Origin: Rhodospirillales bacterium
GTDB lineage: Bacteria > Pseudomonadota > Alphaproteobacteria > Acetobacterales > Acetobacteraceae
Assembly: GCA_025351925.1 (NCBI GenBank)
Contig: JANXVC010000105.1
Span: 1 to 63,493 of the forward strand
Direction: 5' to 3'
Length of the DNA: 63,493 bases
Shown: piece after piece, positions 9,082 through 19,904 of the stretch
How positions within the stretch are numbered: position 1 is the first letter of the stretch
How the letters are laid out: every line of letters starts with the position of its first letter
Translations under genes and position numbers: made by a program
The notes under the pieces: generated by a model
The model's input: the letters and a program-made list of their open reading frames with translations, nothing else
Told to the model about the DNA's origin: nothing
The model's database searches: none

Positions 9082-9951
9082 ATGGACGTTATGGGGCGGA
9101 TCGAGCGGGCGTTGTATGCGGCAGTGTCGCGTGCCGATGTCGAGGGTTGCCCGCCCCGCCTCGCCGCCGCCATGCGCCACGCCGTGTTCCCGCGCGGCGC
9201 CCGCATCCGCCCGCGGCTTTGCCTCGCCGTCGCTGCCGCCTGCGGTGAGGACGACCCGGCCGTCACCGACGCCGCCGGCGCCGCGATCGAGCTGCTGCAC
9301 TGCGCGTCGCTGGTGCATGACGACCTGCCGTGCTTCGACGACGCCGACACCCGCCGCGGCCGTCCCACCGTGCACCGCGCCTTTGGCGAACCGCTGGCCG
9401 TGCTGGCCGGCGACGCCCTGATCGTGCTGGCGTTCCAGACTCTGGCGCATGGCGCAGCCCTCACCCCGAAGCGCCTGGCGCCGCTAATGCTGACCATCGC
9501 CGAGTCGGTCGGCGTGCCGTTCGGCATCGTCGCTGGGCAGGCGTGGGAGTGCGAGGACATCGTGGACCTTGCGCAGTACCAGCGCGAGAAGACCGGCGCG
9601 CTGTTTGCCGCCGCGACCGTCGCCGGTGCCGCCTCCGCGGGTGCTGTGGCCGAGCCGTGGCGGATGCTGGGCGCCCGCCTCGGCGAGGCGTTCCAGGTCG
9701 CCGACGACATCCTGGACGCCACCGCCCATCCGGACACGGTCGGCAAGCCCGTCGGCAAGGACATCGCCTTGGATCGTCCCAGCGCGGTGCGCGAGCTCGG
9801 CCTCGACGGCGCGATCATGCGGCTGGAGACGCTGGCCGCCGCCGCCGTGGACGCCGTGCCGGCCTGCCCGGGCGCCACGGCGCTGCGCAGCCATATCCTG
9901 ACTGAGACCATGCGGCTGCTGCCCAAGGAACTCGTCCGGCACGCGGCGTGA
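9082..9951 (+). CDS. crtE: Geranylgeranyl diphosphate synthase
   Basis: GARIRP, SLVHDDLPCFDDADTRRG, FQVADDILD, GKPVGKD. Confidence 0.95.
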   Translation: MDVMGRIERALYAAVSRADVEGCPPRLAAAMRHAVFPRGARIRPRLCLAVAAACGEDDPAVTDAAGAAIELLHCASLVHDDLPCFDDADTRRGRPTVHRAFGEPLAVLAGDALIVLAFQTLAHGAALTPKRLAPLMLTIAESVGVPFGIVAGQAWECEDIVDLAQYQREKTGALFAAATVAGAASAGAVAEPWRMLGARLGEAFQVADDILDATAHPDTVGKPVGKDIALDRPSAVRELGLDGAIMRLETLAAAAVDAVPACPGATALRSHILTETMRLLPKELVRHAA

Positions 9952-11102
9952 GTTCAATCGCCATCGCGACCGATGCCTGGCACGTTAATTTACGGGAACG
10001 GCGTGACCGCCTGGTCGCTAACCCGCGCTTCCGGCGCTGGGCTGCCGCGTTCCCGTTCACCCGGCCAATCGCCCGGCGCCGCACCCGCGCGCTGTTCGAT
10101 CTCTGCGCCGGCTTCGTCTATTCGCAGGTGCTGCAGGCCTGCGTGGAGCTGCGCCTGTTCGACATCCTTGCCGAAGGGCCGCAGACGCCCGACGCGCTGG
10201 GCACGCGGCTCGATATCCCATTGGACCGGATGCAGCGGCTGCTGCTCGCGGCCACCTCGCTGAAGCTGCTGTCGCACCGTCGCGGCGGGCGTTTCGGCCT
10301 GGGTTCGCTCGGTGCGGCCATGGTCGGCAATACGGCCGTGACGGCGATGGTGCTGCATCACCGGCATCTCTACACGGACCTGAATGACCCGGTGACGCTG
10401 CTGCGCGGATCAGCCGACGCGACTGGATTGTCGCGCTATTGGGCCTATTCCGGCAACGCCGACGCGGCCGGGCTCGATGATTACCAAGTCGCCGAATACA
10501 CGGCGCTGATGGCGGCGTCGCAATCGCTGGTCGCCGACGAGGTCCTGGCCGCCTACCGCATCGGCCGGCATCGATGCCTGCTGGATGTCGGCGGCGGCGA
10601 CGGCAGCTTTCTCCAGGCTGTCGCCGGGCGAGCGCCAAACCTGAAGCTCATGCTGTTCGATCTGCCGCCCGTAGCGGAACAGGCTCGCGCACGCCTTGAA
10701 GCCGCTGGATTCGCCGGCCGTTCCACGGTCGCGGGAGGCGACTTCCTGACCGATCCGCTCCCCAAGGGCGCCGACATCGTCTCGCTGGTCCGCGTCATCC
10801 ACGACCACGACAATCCCGCCGTGCTCGACATCCTGCGCGCTGCCCGTCGTGCCCTGCCGCCGGGCGGTACGCTTTTGCTGGCCGAGCCCATGGCCGGAAC
10901 GCCCGGCGCCGAGCCAATCGGTGACGCATATTTTGGCTTCTACCTGATGGCGATGGGTCGTGGCCGCGCACGCACCCAGGCGGAGCTCATTGCCCTGCTG
11001 CACGCCGCCGGGTTCGACAACGTGCGCCGGATGCCGACGCATACGCCGCTCTTGGTCTGCGTCCTCGTCGCAAAAGCGTCACAGGATGCCCCCAAACTGT
11101 AA
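9948..11102 (+). CDS. crtF: Hydroxyneurosporene O-methyltransferase
   Basis: LFDLCAGFVYSQVL, LLDVGGGDG SAM motif, IGDAYFGFYL; GTGA overlap with crtE. Confidence 0.95.
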   Translation: MSSIAIATDAWHVNLRERRDRLVANPRFRRWAAAFPFTRPIARRRTRALFDLCAGFVYSQVLQACVELRLFDILAEGPQTPDALGTRLDIPLDRMQRLLLAATSLKLLSHRRGGRFGLGSLGAAMVGNTAVTAMVLHHRHLYTDLNDPVTLLRGSADATGLSRYWAYSGNADAAGLDDYQVAEYTALMAASQSLVADEVLAAYRIGRHRCLLDVGGGDGSFLQAVAGRAPNLKLMLFDLPPVAEQARARLEAAGFAGRSTVAGGDFLTDPLPKGADIVSLVRVIHDHDNPAVLDILRAARRALPPGGTLLLAEPMAGTPGAEPIGDAYFGFYLMAMGRGRARTQAELIALLHAAGFDNVRRMPTHTPLLVCVLVAKASQDAPKL

Positions 11103-11141
11103 ATCGTAGTTGACATGCAAGTCCGTCAGGCTACGTTGACA
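11098..11141. promoter_or_regulatory. Tandem PpsR/CrtJ boxes at the bchC promoter
   Basis: TGT AAATCGTAGTTG ACA (11098-11115), 8-bp spacer, CGT CAGGCTACGTTG ACA (11124-11141); same layout as the Rhodobacter bchC promoter. Confidence 0.88.
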
Positions 11142-11186
11142 CACAACCCGGGCCGCAGCGGCCCGCACAGCTCCGGGAGGGCGCAG

Positions 11187-12125
11187 ATGGAAGCAATGGC
11201 AGTCGTTCTCACCGGTCCCGAGGACCTGGCGCTCAGCCGTCTGGTGCTCGACGCCGCCGGCCCCGGGGACGTTGTAGTCGATATCGAGTGGAGCGGCATC
11301 AGCACCGGAACGGAGCGATTGCTGTACACCGGAACGATGCCGCACTTTCCCGGCATGGGCTATCCGCTAGTGCCCGGCTACGAGTCGGTCGGCCGCATCG
11401 CCGCCGCCAGCGCCGGCTTCGAAGGCCAGGTTGGCGACCGCGTGTTCGTGCCGGGTGCCCGCTGCTTCGGCGATGTGCGCGGCTTGTTCGGCGGCGCTGC
11501 TTCCCGCGTTGTGGTCCCAGCGGGCCGAGTCACGAGAATTGACGAGCAGCTGGGTGAGCACGGCGTGCTGCTGGCGCTGGCCGCGACCGCCCGCCATGCG
11601 TTGGCGTTGCCGGGTGTGGCGCTGCCCGACCTCATTATCGGCCACGGCGTGCTCGGCCGCATGCTGGCGCGGCTCGCCGTGCTGTCCGGCGCCCGGCCCG
11701 TCGTGTGGGAGCGCAACTCGGCCCGTGTCGAGGGCGCCGAGGGCTACGACGTCGTGGACCCCGCGATGGACGACCGCCGCGACTACCGCGCCATCTACGA
11801 CGTGAGCGGCGACGCTGGCCTGCTTGATACCTTGATCGGCCGGCTTGCCCCCGGCGGAGAGGTGGTGCTGGCCGGCTTCTACAGCGACCGGCTCAGCTTC
11901 GCTTTCCCGCCGGCCTTCATGCGCGAGGCGCGCATCCGCATCGCCGCGCAGTGGGCGCCCGCGGACCTCGCGGCGGTCGCGGCGCTGGCCGGGTCGGGCG
12001 AGCTGTCGCTGGACGGCCTGATCACCCATCGCAATGCGGCTGCCAACGCGGCCCAGGCCTACCGCACCGCCTTCGACGAAGCGGTGTGCCTGAAAATGAT
12101 CCTCGATTGGAGAGCCTGCCCATGA
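11187..12125 (+). CDS. bchC: Bacteriochlorophyllide a dehydrogenase
   Basis: [41 protein letters not shown]; GGGAGG RBS. Confidence 0.95.
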   Translation: MEAMAVVLTGPEDLALSRLVLDAAGPGDVVVDIEWSGISTGTERLLYTGTMPHFPGMGYPLVPGYESVGRIAAASAGFEGQVGDRVFVPGARCFGDVRGLFGGAASRVVVPAGRVTRIDEQLGEHGVLLALAATARHALALPGVALPDLIIGHGVLGRMLARLAVLSGARPVVWERNSARVEGAEGYDVVDPAMDDRRDYRAIYDVSGDAGLLDTLIGRLAPGGEVVLAGFYSDRLSFAFPPAFMREARIRIAAQWAPADLAAVAALAGSGELSLDGLITHRNAAANAAQAYRTAFDEAVCLKMILDWRACP

Positions 12126-13138
12126 ACGCCGTCGCATCCACAGCACCAGCCGCGCCGACAATGAGCATGACCGAGGCGCTCCGGGCCGAAGCCGCGATCG
12201 AGCCGGATGCGGTCGCCACGACGCCCGCGAAGAAGGAAACGCAGGTCATCGCGATCTATGGCAAGGGCGGCATCGGCAAGAGCTTCACCCTCGCCAACCT
12301 CAGCTACATGATGGCGCAGCAGGGCAAGCGCGTGCTGCTGATCGGCTGCGATCCCAAGAGCGACACCACGTCGCTGCTGTTTGGCGGGCGGAGCTGCCCG
12401 ACGATCATCGAGACCTCCTCGAAGAAGAAGCTCGCCGGCGAGAAGGTGTCGATCTCCGACGTTTGTTTTATTCGCGACGGGGTGTTCGCGATGGAGCTCG
12501 GCGGTCCCGAGGTCGGCCGCGGCTGCGGCGGGCGCGGCATCATCCACGGCTTTGAACTCTTGGAGAAGCTCGGCTTCCACGAGTGGGGTTTTGACTACGT
12601 GCTGCTCGACTTCCTCGGCGACGTGGTGTGCGGCGGCTTCGGCCTGCCGATCGCTCGCGACATGTGCCAGAAAGTGATCGTCGTCGCCTCGAACGACCTG
12701 CAGTCGCTGTATGTCGCGAACAACGTGTGCTCGGCGGTCGATTACTTCCGCCGCATGGGCGGCAACGTCGGCGTGGCCGGCATGGTGATCAACAAGGATG
12801 ACGGGACGGGGGAGGCGCAGGCGTTCTCCGACGCGGTCGGCATCCCCGTGCTGTCGGCGATCCCAGCGAACGAGGACATTCGCCGCAAGTCCGCCAACTA
12901 CGAGATTATCGGCAAGCCCGGCGGCGAGTGGGCGTCGGTCTTTGAATTGTTGGCCGAGCAGGTCGCCAGCGCGCCGCCGGTCCGCCCCGCGCCGCTGACC
13001 CATGACGCTCTGCTGAACCTGTTCAAGGGCGACGCGGTAGGTCGCAACGTCGTGCTGCAGCCGGCGACCGAGGCCGATATGTGCCCGGCTACGGTGAGCA
13101 ACAAAGCATCCCTAGAAGTCGTGTACGAGGGCGTCTGA
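12122..13138 (+). CDS. bchX: Chlorophyllide a reductase iron protein
   Basis: [33 protein letters not shown]; ATGA overlap with bchC. Confidence 0.97.
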   Translation: MNAVASTAPAAPTMSMTEALRAEAAIEPDAVATTPAKKETQVIAIYGKGGIGKSFTLANLSYMMAQQGKRVLLIGCDPKSDTTSLLFGGRSCPTIIETSSKKKLAGEKVSISDVCFIRDGVFAMELGGPEVGRGCGGRGIIHGFELLEKLGFHEWGFDYVLLDFLGDVVCGGFGLPIARDMCQKVIVVASNDLQSLYVANNVCSAVDYFRRMGGNVGVAGMVINKDDGTGEAQAFSDAVGIPVLSAIPANEDIRRKSANYEIIGKPGGEWASVFELLAEQVASAPPVRPAPLTHDALLNLFKGDAVGRNVVLQPATEADMCPATVSNKASLEVVYEGV

Positions 13139-13140
13139 GC

Positions 13141-14640
13141 ATGGACGGCGCCATCATCCCGCCCGTTATCGGGTCAGGCTGTCATGGCGGCCGGGACACG
13201 ATGATCGAGGCCGCGCGCGCCGCGGGCAAGAGCGCCGCGATGGATAAGCTGATGCAGGACTACCCGCGCGGTCCGCACGATCAGCCGCAATCCATGTGCC
13301 CGGCCTTCGGCTCGCTGCGCGTCGGCCTGCGTATGCGCCGCACGGCGACAATCCTCAGCGGCTCCGCCTGTTGCGTGTACGGCCTGACCTTCACCTCGCA
13401 CTTCTACGGCGCGCGCCGGACCGTGGGCTACGTGCCGTTCAACTCCGAGACGCTGGTCAAGGGCCAGCTTTTCGAGGACATCCGCGACGCCGTGTATGAG
13501 ACGGCGAAGCCGGCGGACTACGACGCGGTCATCGTCATCAATTTGTGCGTGCCGACCGCATCCGGCGTGCCGCTGGACCGGCTGCCGAAGCAGATCGACG
13601 GCGTGCGGATCATCGGCATCGACGTGCCGGGCTTCGGCGTGCCGACCCACGCCGAGGCCAAGGACGTGCTGACCGGCGCTATGCTGAAATACGCCCGGAC
13701 CGAGGCCGAGCAGGGCCCCGTCGCCCGGCCCCGCACGCAACAAGACATGCCGACCGTCACGATGATCGGCGAGTTCTTTCCGGGCGATCCGCCGGGCGTC
13801 GGCGCGCTGCTGGCGCCCATGGGTATGGCCGTCGCCCCGCAATTGCCGTCCCGCGAGTGGCGCGACCTGTATGCCGCGCTGGACTGCCAGGTCGCTGCCG
13901 CGGCGCACCCGTTCTACACGGCGACGGTCCGTGAGTTCAAAGCCGCCGGCCGCCCGGTGGTGGGCAGCGCGCCGGTCGGCCTCGAGGGCACTGCCGCCTG
14001 GCTCGACGCGATCGGCGCTGCGGCGAACGTTGCGGCGGACAAGATCGACGCCGCCAAAGCCCGCGCGCTGCCGCTGATCCGCGCCGCACTCGACGCCAAC
14101 CCGGTCCACGCCCGCATCACCGTCTCCGGCTACGAGGGTTCCGAGCTGCTGGTGGCGCGCCTGCTGATCGAGGCCGGCGCCGAGGTGCCGTATGTCGGCA
14201 CCGCCTGCCCGCGCACCGAGTGGAGCGACGCCGACCGCGAGTGGCTGGTGGCGCACGGCGCCCACGTCCAGTACCGCGCCTCGCTGGAGCAGGACCTGGC
14301 GGCGATGCTCGACGTACGGCCGGACCTCGCCGTGGGCACGACGCCGCTGGTGCAGAAGGCCAAGGAGCTTGGCATCCCCGCGCTATACTTCACCAATATG
14401 GTGTCCGCCCGGCCGCTGTTCGGCGCTGCCGGGGCAGGGGCGCTGGCCGGCATCGTCGCGGCGCAAATCGGCAGCGGCGGCCGGTTCAACCGCATGGTCG
14501 ATTTCTTCCAGTCGGTCGGCGCCGGTGAGACCGCCGGCTATGGCTTCAACGGCGTGCCCAAGGAGCCGAAGGGCGCGCGGGAGCGCTACCGCCGGGCGCG
14601 CGAGGCCAAGAGCCGCGCCAACGAAGCCGTGGGGACCTGA
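13141..14640 (+). CDS. bchY: Chlorophyllide a reductase subunit Y
   Basis: GPHDQPQSMCPAFGSLRV, SGSACCVYGL, NLCVPTASG. Confidence 0.97.
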   Translation: MDGAIIPPVIGSGCHGGRDTMIEAARAAGKSAAMDKLMQDYPRGPHDQPQSMCPAFGSLRVGLRMRRTATILSGSACCVYGLTFTSHFYGARRTVGYVPFNSETLVKGQLFEDIRDAVYETAKPADYDAVIVINLCVPTASGVPLDRLPKQIDGVRIIGIDVPGFGVPTHAEAKDVLTGAMLKYARTEAEQGPVARPRTQQDMPTVTMIGEFFPGDPPGVGALLAPMGMAVAPQLPSREWRDLYAALDCQVAAAAHPFYTATVREFKAAGRPVVGSAPVGLEGTAAWLDAIGAAANVAADKIDAAKARALPLIRAALDANPVHARITVSGYEGSELLVARLLIEAGAEVPYVGTACPRTEWSDADREWLVAHGAHVQYRASLEQDLAAMLDVRPDLAVGTTPLVQKAKELGIPALYFTNMVSARPLFGAAGAGALAGIVAAQIGSGGRFNRMVDFFQSVGAGETAGYGFNGVPKEPKGARERYRRAREAKSRANEAVGT

Positions 14641-14643
14641 GCC

Positions 14644-16107
14644 GTGCTGGTGCTCGACCATGACCGCGCCGGCGGCTACTGGGGCGCCGTTTATGCCTTC
14701 ACGGCCATACGCGGGCTGCGCGTGGTGATCGACGGCCCCGTCGGCTGCGAGAACCTGCCGGTCACGGCGGTGCTGCACTACACCGACGGCCTGCCGCCGC
14801 ACGAGCTGCCGGTCGTCGTCACTGGGCTGTCCGAGGACAATCTGTCGATGGACGGCACCGAGGGGGCGCTGCGCCGGGCGGCGGCGACTGGGGACATCGA
14901 CATGCCATCCGTCGTGGTGACCGGCAGCATCGCCGAGATGATCGGCGGCGGCGTGACGCCCGAGGGCAGTAATCTTCTCCGCTTCATCCCGCGCACCATC
15001 GACGAGGATCAGTGGCAGGCGGCTGACCGCGCGATCTATTGGCTGTGGACCGAGTTCGGCGCCAAGCGCGCCAAGCCGAAGCCCCGCGCCGAGCGCGCGC
15101 CGGGCACCAAGCCGTGCGTCAACATCATCGGACCGATCTACGGCACCTTCAATATGCCGTCCGACCTCGCTGAGATCCGCCGTCTCGTTGAGGGCGTCGG
15201 CTGTGAGATCAACCTGGTGTTCCCGCTGGGCTCGCACATCGAGGACGTGACGAAACTGCCGAACGCCGACGTCAATATCTGCATGTATCGCGAGTTCGGC
15301 CGGCAACTTTGCGAGGAGCTGGACCGCCCCTATCTGCAGGCGCCGATCGGCCTGTTCGCCACGACCAATTTCCTGCGCAAGCTCGGCGAGCTCACCGGCA
15401 TCGATCCCGAGCCGTTCATCGAGAGCGAGAAGCACACCACGATCAAGCCGGTCTGGGATCTATGGCGCAGCGTTACCCAGGATTTCTTTGCCACCGCGAG
15501 CTTTGCCGTGGTCGCGACCGACACCTATGCGCGCGGTATCCGGGGCTTCATGGAGGGCGAGCTGGGCATCCCCTGCACCTTCAGCTTCAGCCGCACCGCG
15601 GGCACCAAGCCGGATAACGCCGCGGTACGGGCAGCAATGCGCAAGACGCCGCCGTTCATTCTGTATGGCTCGTACAATGAGCGGATGTATGCGGCCGAGC
15701 AGGGTGCGCGCTGCATGTACATTCCGGCCTCGTTCCCCGGCGCCGTCATCCGCCGGGCCACCGGCACGCCGTTCATGGGCTACGCCGGAGCGACGTACTT
15801 GGTGCAGGAGTTCTGCAACGCCCTGTTCGACGCGCTGTTCCACATCCTGCCGCTGAGCACGGACATGGACCGCGTGGACCCGACGCCGGTAAGCGCCGGC
15901 GAGTGGAACGCCGATCCATGGGACGACAATGCCGTGGCATTGCTGGACCAGTACGTCGAGACGGAGCCGTTCCTGGTGCGCATCTCTGCCGCCAAACGGG
16001 CGCGGGACCGGGTGGAGACGGACGCGAAGCGGGCGCGCGAGGGCCGGGTGACGGCGGCGCGCGTGGAACAGTCGCTGGCCGAGATGGCCGCGGGCCGGGC
16101 GGCGTGA
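14644..16107 (+). CDS. bchZ: Chlorophyllide a reductase subunit Z
   Basis: [39 protein letters not shown]. Confidence 0.97.
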   Translation: MLVLDHDRAGGYWGAVYAFTAIRGLRVVIDGPVGCENLPVTAVLHYTDGLPPHELPVVVTGLSEDNLSMDGTEGALRRAAATGDIDMPSVVVTGSIAEMIGGGVTPEGSNLLRFIPRTIDEDQWQAADRAIYWLWTEFGAKRAKPKPRAERAPGTKPCVNIIGPIYGTFNMPSDLAEIRRLVEGVGCEINLVFPLGSHIEDVTKLPNADVNICMYREFGRQLCEELDRPYLQAPIGLFATTNFLRKLGELTGIDPEPFIESEKHTTIKPVWDLWRSVTQDFFATASFAVVATDTYARGIRGFMEGELGIPCTFSFSRTAGTKPDNAAVRAAMRKTPPFILYGSYNERMYAAEQGARCMYIPASFPGAVIRRATGTPFMGYAGATYLVQEFCNALFDALFHILPLSTDMDRVDPTPVSAGEWNADPWDDNAVALLDQYVETEPFLVRISAAKRARDRVETDAKRAREGRVTAARVEQSLAEMAAGRAA

Positions 16108-16156
16108 GCGCCCGGGACGAGACACCTGAGGGGCGGCTGAGCCCTTCGGAGCGTGG

Positions 16157-16174
16157 CCGTGGCATCCGCCACGG
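16157..16174 (+). other. GC-rich hairpin in the pufB 5' leader
   Basis: CCGTGGC-ATCC-GCCACGG, perfect 7-bp stem. Confidence 0.5.
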
Positions 16175-16233
16175 TGAGGCCCTGCTGCACGGGAGGTGTG
16201 CGGTGACAGCGGAAAAAGGAGGGATTTCCAACC

Positions 16234-16455
16234 ATGTCTGACGTTAATATGCGGGCGAGTTCCAGTTCGGGTCTGACCGACTCAGAGGCGCGCGAGTTCC
16301 ACAGCATCTTCGTGACCAGCTTCATCGTGTTCACCGCGATCGCTATCGTGGCGCACTTCCTGGTCTGGCAGTGGCGGCCGTGGCTGCCCGGGCCGAACGG
16401 CTATGCGACGTCGCTGCTTGACGGCGTCGCCTACGCGAAATCATTCCTGGCATAG
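16234..16455 (+). CDS. pufB: LH1 beta polypeptide
   Basis: [15 protein letters not shown]...[17 protein letters not shown]; AAGGAGG RBS. Confidence 0.97.
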   Translation: MSDVNMRASSSSGLTDSEAREFHSIFVTSFIVFTAIAIVAHFLVWQWRPWLPGPNGYATSLLDGVAYAKSFLA

Positions 16456-16466
16456 GGGGAAATTCC

Positions 16467-16655
16467 ATGTGGCGTGTATGGCTGCTCTTTGACCCGCGTC
16501 GTGTGCTGGTCGCACTTTCCGTGTTCCTGTTCGTGCTGGCGCTGCTGATCCACTTCATCCTGCTCAGCACGAGCCGGTTCAACTGGCTGGAAGGTCCCGC
16601 CCGTCCGGGCAACGTGTCGCAGTTGGCGCCGCTGCCGCAGGCGGCCCCGAAGTAA
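16467..16655 (+). CDS. pufA: LH1 alpha polypeptide
   Basis: [17 protein letters not shown]...[17 protein letters not shown]. Confidence 0.97.
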   Translation: MWRVWLLFDPRRVLVALSVFLFVLALLIHFILLSTSRFNWLEGPARPGNVSQLAPLPQAAPK

Positions 16656-16665
16656 CCCAATCCGT

Positions 16666-16730
16666 GGCAGTGGACCGCGCCGGGCCGTAAACCTGGCGCC
16701 GTCCACCGCCGAACGGGCGTCATCACGCCC
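16666..16730 (+). promoter_or_regulatory. pufA-pufL intercistronic stem-loops (mRNA decay barrier)
   Basis: GGCAGTGGAC..GCGCCGGG / CCTGGCGC..GTCCACCGCC (16666-16710) and GGGCGT-CATC-ACGCCC (16715-16730); analogous to the known Rhodobacter puf hairpin. Confidence 0.7.
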
Positions 16731-16750
16731 CTCGACCAAGGGAACCCACC

Positions 16751-17575
16751 ATGGCGATGCTCACCTACGAAGAAAAATACCGCGTCCGCGGCGGGACCCT
16801 GGTCGGCGGCGATCTGTTCGATTTCTGGGTCGGCCCATTCTATGTCGGCTTTTTCGGCGTCACGACGCTGTTCTTCTCGGCGCTCGGCACCGCGCTGATC
16901 CTGTACGGCGCGGCCCTCGGCGGCGACTGGAACATCTGGCGCATCAACATAGCGCCACCGGACCTCAGCTACGGCCTCGGCTTCGCGCCGTTGAAGGAGG
17001 GCGGGCTTTGGCAGGTCATTACGATCTGCGCCATCGGCGCCTTCGTCTCCTGGGCGCTGCGTCAGGTCGAGATCACCCGCAAGCTCGGCATGGGCTACCA
17101 CGTGCCTTTCGCGTTCAGCGTCGCGATCTTCGCCTACGTCTCACTGGTGGTCATCCGGCCCGTGCTGATGGGCGCCTGGGGCCATGGCTTCCCGTATGGC
17201 ATCCTCAGCCACTTGGACTGGGTGTCCAACACCGGCTACCAATACCTGCATTTCCATTACAATCCGGCGCACATGCTGGCGGTGACGTTCTTCTTCACCA
17301 CGACGCTGTCGCTGTCGCTGCACGGCGCGCTGGTGCTGTCGGCGGCGAACCCGCCCAAAGGCCAGGCGGTGAAGACCGCCGAGCATGAGAACACCTTTTT
17401 CCGCGACACCATCGGCTGGTCGATCGGCACGCTCGGCATCCATCGGCTGGGGCTGTTCCTCGCTTTGTCGGCCGGCTTCTGGAGCGCTGTCTGCATCATC
17501 ATCAGCGGGCCGTTCTGGACTCGCGGCTGGCCCGAGTGGTGGGGCTGGTGGCTCAACCTGCCGATCTGGAAATAA
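16751..17575 (+). CDS. pufL: Photosynthetic reaction centre L subunit
   Basis: [47 protein letters not shown]. Confidence 0.98.
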   Translation: MAMLTYEEKYRVRGGTLVGGDLFDFWVGPFYVGFFGVTTLFFSALGTALILYGAALGGDWNIWRINIAPPDLSYGLGFAPLKEGGLWQVITICAIGAFVSWALRQVEITRKLGMGYHVPFAFSVAIFAYVSLVVIRPVLMGAWGHGFPYGILSHLDWVSNTGYQYLHFHYNPAHMLAVTFFFTTTLSLSLHGALVLSAANPPKGQAVKTAEHENTFFRDTIGWSIGTLGIHRLGLFLALSAGFWSAVCIIISGPFWTRGWPEWWGWWLNLPIWK

Positions 17576-17627
17576 CGAGGGCCAAATCCTACCGAACGGC
17601 CAACTTTCGAAACGGAGCGAGCCAATC

Positions 17628-18605
17628 ATGGCCGAATACCAAAACATCTTCACCCGGGTCCAGGTCCGCGGACCCGTCTATGCCGGGGTCCCCGTCACCG
17701 CGACCACGTGGACCCGGTCCGGCAAGCCGTTCTACATCCACCTGGCCGGCATCCTCGGCGACGCGCAGGTTGGCCCAATTTATCTGGGCATCACCGGCGT
17801 TGCCTCGCTGATCTGCGGCTTCATCGCCTTCGAGATCATCGGCCTCAACATGTGGGCCTCGGTGAACTGGAACCCGGTGCAGTTCGTGCGCCAGCTGTTC
17901 TGGCTGGCGCTGGAGCCGCCGGCGCCGGGCTACGGCCTGCATTTCCCGCCGCTGGCCGAGGGCGGCTGGTGGCTGATGGCCGGGTTCTTCCTCACGACGT
18001 CCATCCTGCTGTGGTGGGTAAAGGTGTACCGGCGGGCGAAGGCGCTCGGCATGGGGACCCACGTCGCATGGGCGTTCGCGGCGGCGATCTGGCTGTATCT
18101 CGTGCTGGGCTTTATCCGGCCCATTCTGATGGGGAGCTGGAGTGAGGCGGTGCCGTTCGGCATCTTCCCGCACCTCGACTGGACGGCGGCTTTCTCGCTC
18201 CGCTACGGCAATCTATTCTACAACCCGTTCCACATGCTCTCGATCGTGTTCCTGTATGGCTCGACCCTGCTGTTCGCCATGCACGCTGCCACCGTGCTCG
18301 CCATCAGCCGCTTCGGCGGCGAGCGTGAGCTGGAGCAGATCGTTGACCGCGGCACTGCGTTCGAGCGCGGCGCGCTGTTTTGGCGCTGGACGATGGGCTT
18401 CTGCGCCTCGGCCGAGAGCATCCATCGCTGGGCCTGGTGGTTTGCCGTGCTTTGCCCACTGACCGGCGGCATCGGCATCTTGCTGACCGGCACGGTCGTG
18501 GACAATTGGTATTTGTGGGGCGAGAAGCATGGGATCGCCGCGCACTATCCCGCCGTATGGGGCGTGGTGACCGACCCAGCCCTCGCTCCGGGAGCCGTGA
18601 AATGA
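17628..18605 (+). CDS. pufM: Photosynthetic reaction centre M subunit
   Basis: [45 protein letters not shown]. Confidence 0.98.
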   Translation: MAEYQNIFTRVQVRGPVYAGVPVTATTWTRSGKPFYIHLAGILGDAQVGPIYLGITGVASLICGFIAFEIIGLNMWASVNWNPVQFVRQLFWLALEPPAPGYGLHFPPLAEGGWWLMAGFFLTTSILLWWVKVYRRAKALGMGTHVAWAFAAAIWLYLVLGFIRPILMGSWSEAVPFGIFPHLDWTAAFSLRYGNLFYNPFHMLSIVFLYGSTLLFAMHAATVLAISRFGGERELEQIVDRGTAFERGALFWRWTMGFCASAESIHRWAWWFAVLCPLTGGIGILLTGTVVDNWYLWGEKHGIAAHYPAVWGVVTDPALAPGAVK

Positions 18606-19714
18606 TGCCAGGTATTAAGCTGGGCCTTGGCCTGGTCGGTGCGGTGGGCGCCACGCTGCTCGGGATCGCGATGATCTCGAAGTTCCAGCTGCCGCCGCTG
18701 GATGTCGTGCAGCGCGGCTACCGCGGCACTGCGATGCAGGTAAACTACAATGAAAAGCAGCTCGCGACCTACCTAGCGGAGAACAAGGTGCCGGCGTCGC
18801 TGCCGGCCGTTCCGGCGGCGGGACCGAAGGCGGCGGCGGTCTATAAGAACGTTCAGGTCCTGGGCGACCTGAGCGTCGGCCAGTTTACCCGGCTGATGGT
18901 CTCGCTCACCAACTGGGTGTCGCCGAAACAGGGCTGCGCCTACTGCCATAACACCAACAACATGGCCGAGGACAACCTATACACCAAGATCGTCTCGCGG
19001 CGAATGATCCAGATGACGCAGCACATCAACGCCGACTGGCAGCCGCACGTCCAGCAGACCGGGGTCACTTGCTACACCTGCCACCGCGGCAACCCGGTGC
19101 CGAACAACATCTGGTTCAACGATCCGGGTCCGCGGGCCTCGGGCGGCGTTTTCATGGCGGCGGTCGGCGGCTCGGCCGGCAAGAATTATGCGTCGGGATC
19201 GGTGGGCGATGCGTCGCTGCCGTATGATCCGTTCACGCCGTTCCTGGAGAATGACCACTCGATCCGCGTGCAGGGCGAGGAGGCGCTGCCCGGCGCCAAC
19301 CGGCACTCCATCAAGGAGGCGGAGTGGACGTTCGCGCTGATGAACTACTTCGGCAACTCGCTCGGGGTGAACTGCACCTATTGCCACAACAGCCGGGCAT
19401 TCAGCGACTGGTCGCAGAGCTCTCCGGCGAAGGTGGTGGCGTGGCACGGCATCCGGATGACCCGGGACCTCAACGCCGATTACCTGAAGCAGCTCAGCAA
19501 CGCGTGGCCGGTGAACCGGCTGGGACCGACCGGCGACTCGCCGAAGCTTGCCTGCGCTACCTGCCACCAGGGCGTCTATAAGCCACTCTATGGCGTCAGC
19601 ATGGTGAAAGACTTCCCGGAGCTGAGGCAGCCGGGTTCCGAGGCAGGGCTCAGGTATCTCAATGCGTCCTGGACTCCCGCGACGCCGATGGATCCTGCAA
19701 AGCCTGCTGAGTAA
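18602..19714 (+). CDS. pufC: Reaction-centre tetrahaem cytochrome c subunit
   Basis: Four CxxCH (CAYCH, CYTCH, CTYCH, CATCH), [20 protein letters not shown]; ATGA overlap with pufM. Confidence 0.97.
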   Translation: MMPGIKLGLGLVGAVGATLLGIAMISKFQLPPLDVVQRGYRGTAMQVNYNEKQLATYLAENKVPASLPAVPAAGPKAAAVYKNVQVLGDLSVGQFTRLMVSLTNWVSPKQGCAYCHNTNNMAEDNLYTKIVSRRMIQMTQHINADWQPHVQQTGVTCYTCHRGNPVPNNIWFNDPGPRASGGVFMAAVGGSAGKNYASGSVGDASLPYDPFTPFLENDHSIRVQGEEALPGANRHSIKEAEWTFALMNYFGNSLGVNCTYCHNSRAFSDWSQSSPAKVVAWHGIRMTRDLNADYLKQLSNAWPVNRLGPTGDSPKLACATCHQGVYKPLYGVSMVKDFPELRQPGSEAGLRYLNASWTPATPMDPAKPAE

Positions 19715-19777
19715 CGCCTTCTGGAAGACAGGGCATGGCCTCTAAGGTCATGCCCTGTTCGCGTGTACGCGCTCTTG

Positions 19778-19805
19778 TTGACCCCCGATCGCTCCCCATC
19801 ATAGT
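19778..19805 (+). promoter_or_regulatory. Putative sigma70 promoter of the cytochrome c gene
   Basis: TTGACC-N16-CATAGT, about 100 nt upstream of ATG 19905. Confidence 0.4.
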
Positions 19806-19904
19806 CACTTACGCGGAAAGCTGCGCTGGACGGGTTGCGATGCGTGTCCTGTTGTGCGACCGGTTCCGTGAAAGATTGATTTCGATAAGGGGCAGGGGTC
19901 GCGT

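Noticed and set aside
16104-16241. Possible pufQ between bchZ and pufB
   Set aside because: The 45-codon frame ([12 protein letters not shown]...) is hydrophilic with no PufQ-like TM segment; better explained as a structured leader.
16467-16655. Ca2+-binding red-shifted LH1
   Set aside because: Alpha chain reads WLEGP and lacks the WxxDxI motif.
17230-17280. Zn-bacteriochlorophyll (Acidiphilium-type) reaction centre
   Set aside because: PufL keeps His at the L168 position (HFHYNPAH); Acidiphilium has Glu there.
19876-19889. FNR box before the cytochrome c gene (TTGAT-TTCG-ATAAG)
   Set aside because: Right half-site matches poorly; not distinguishable from chance.
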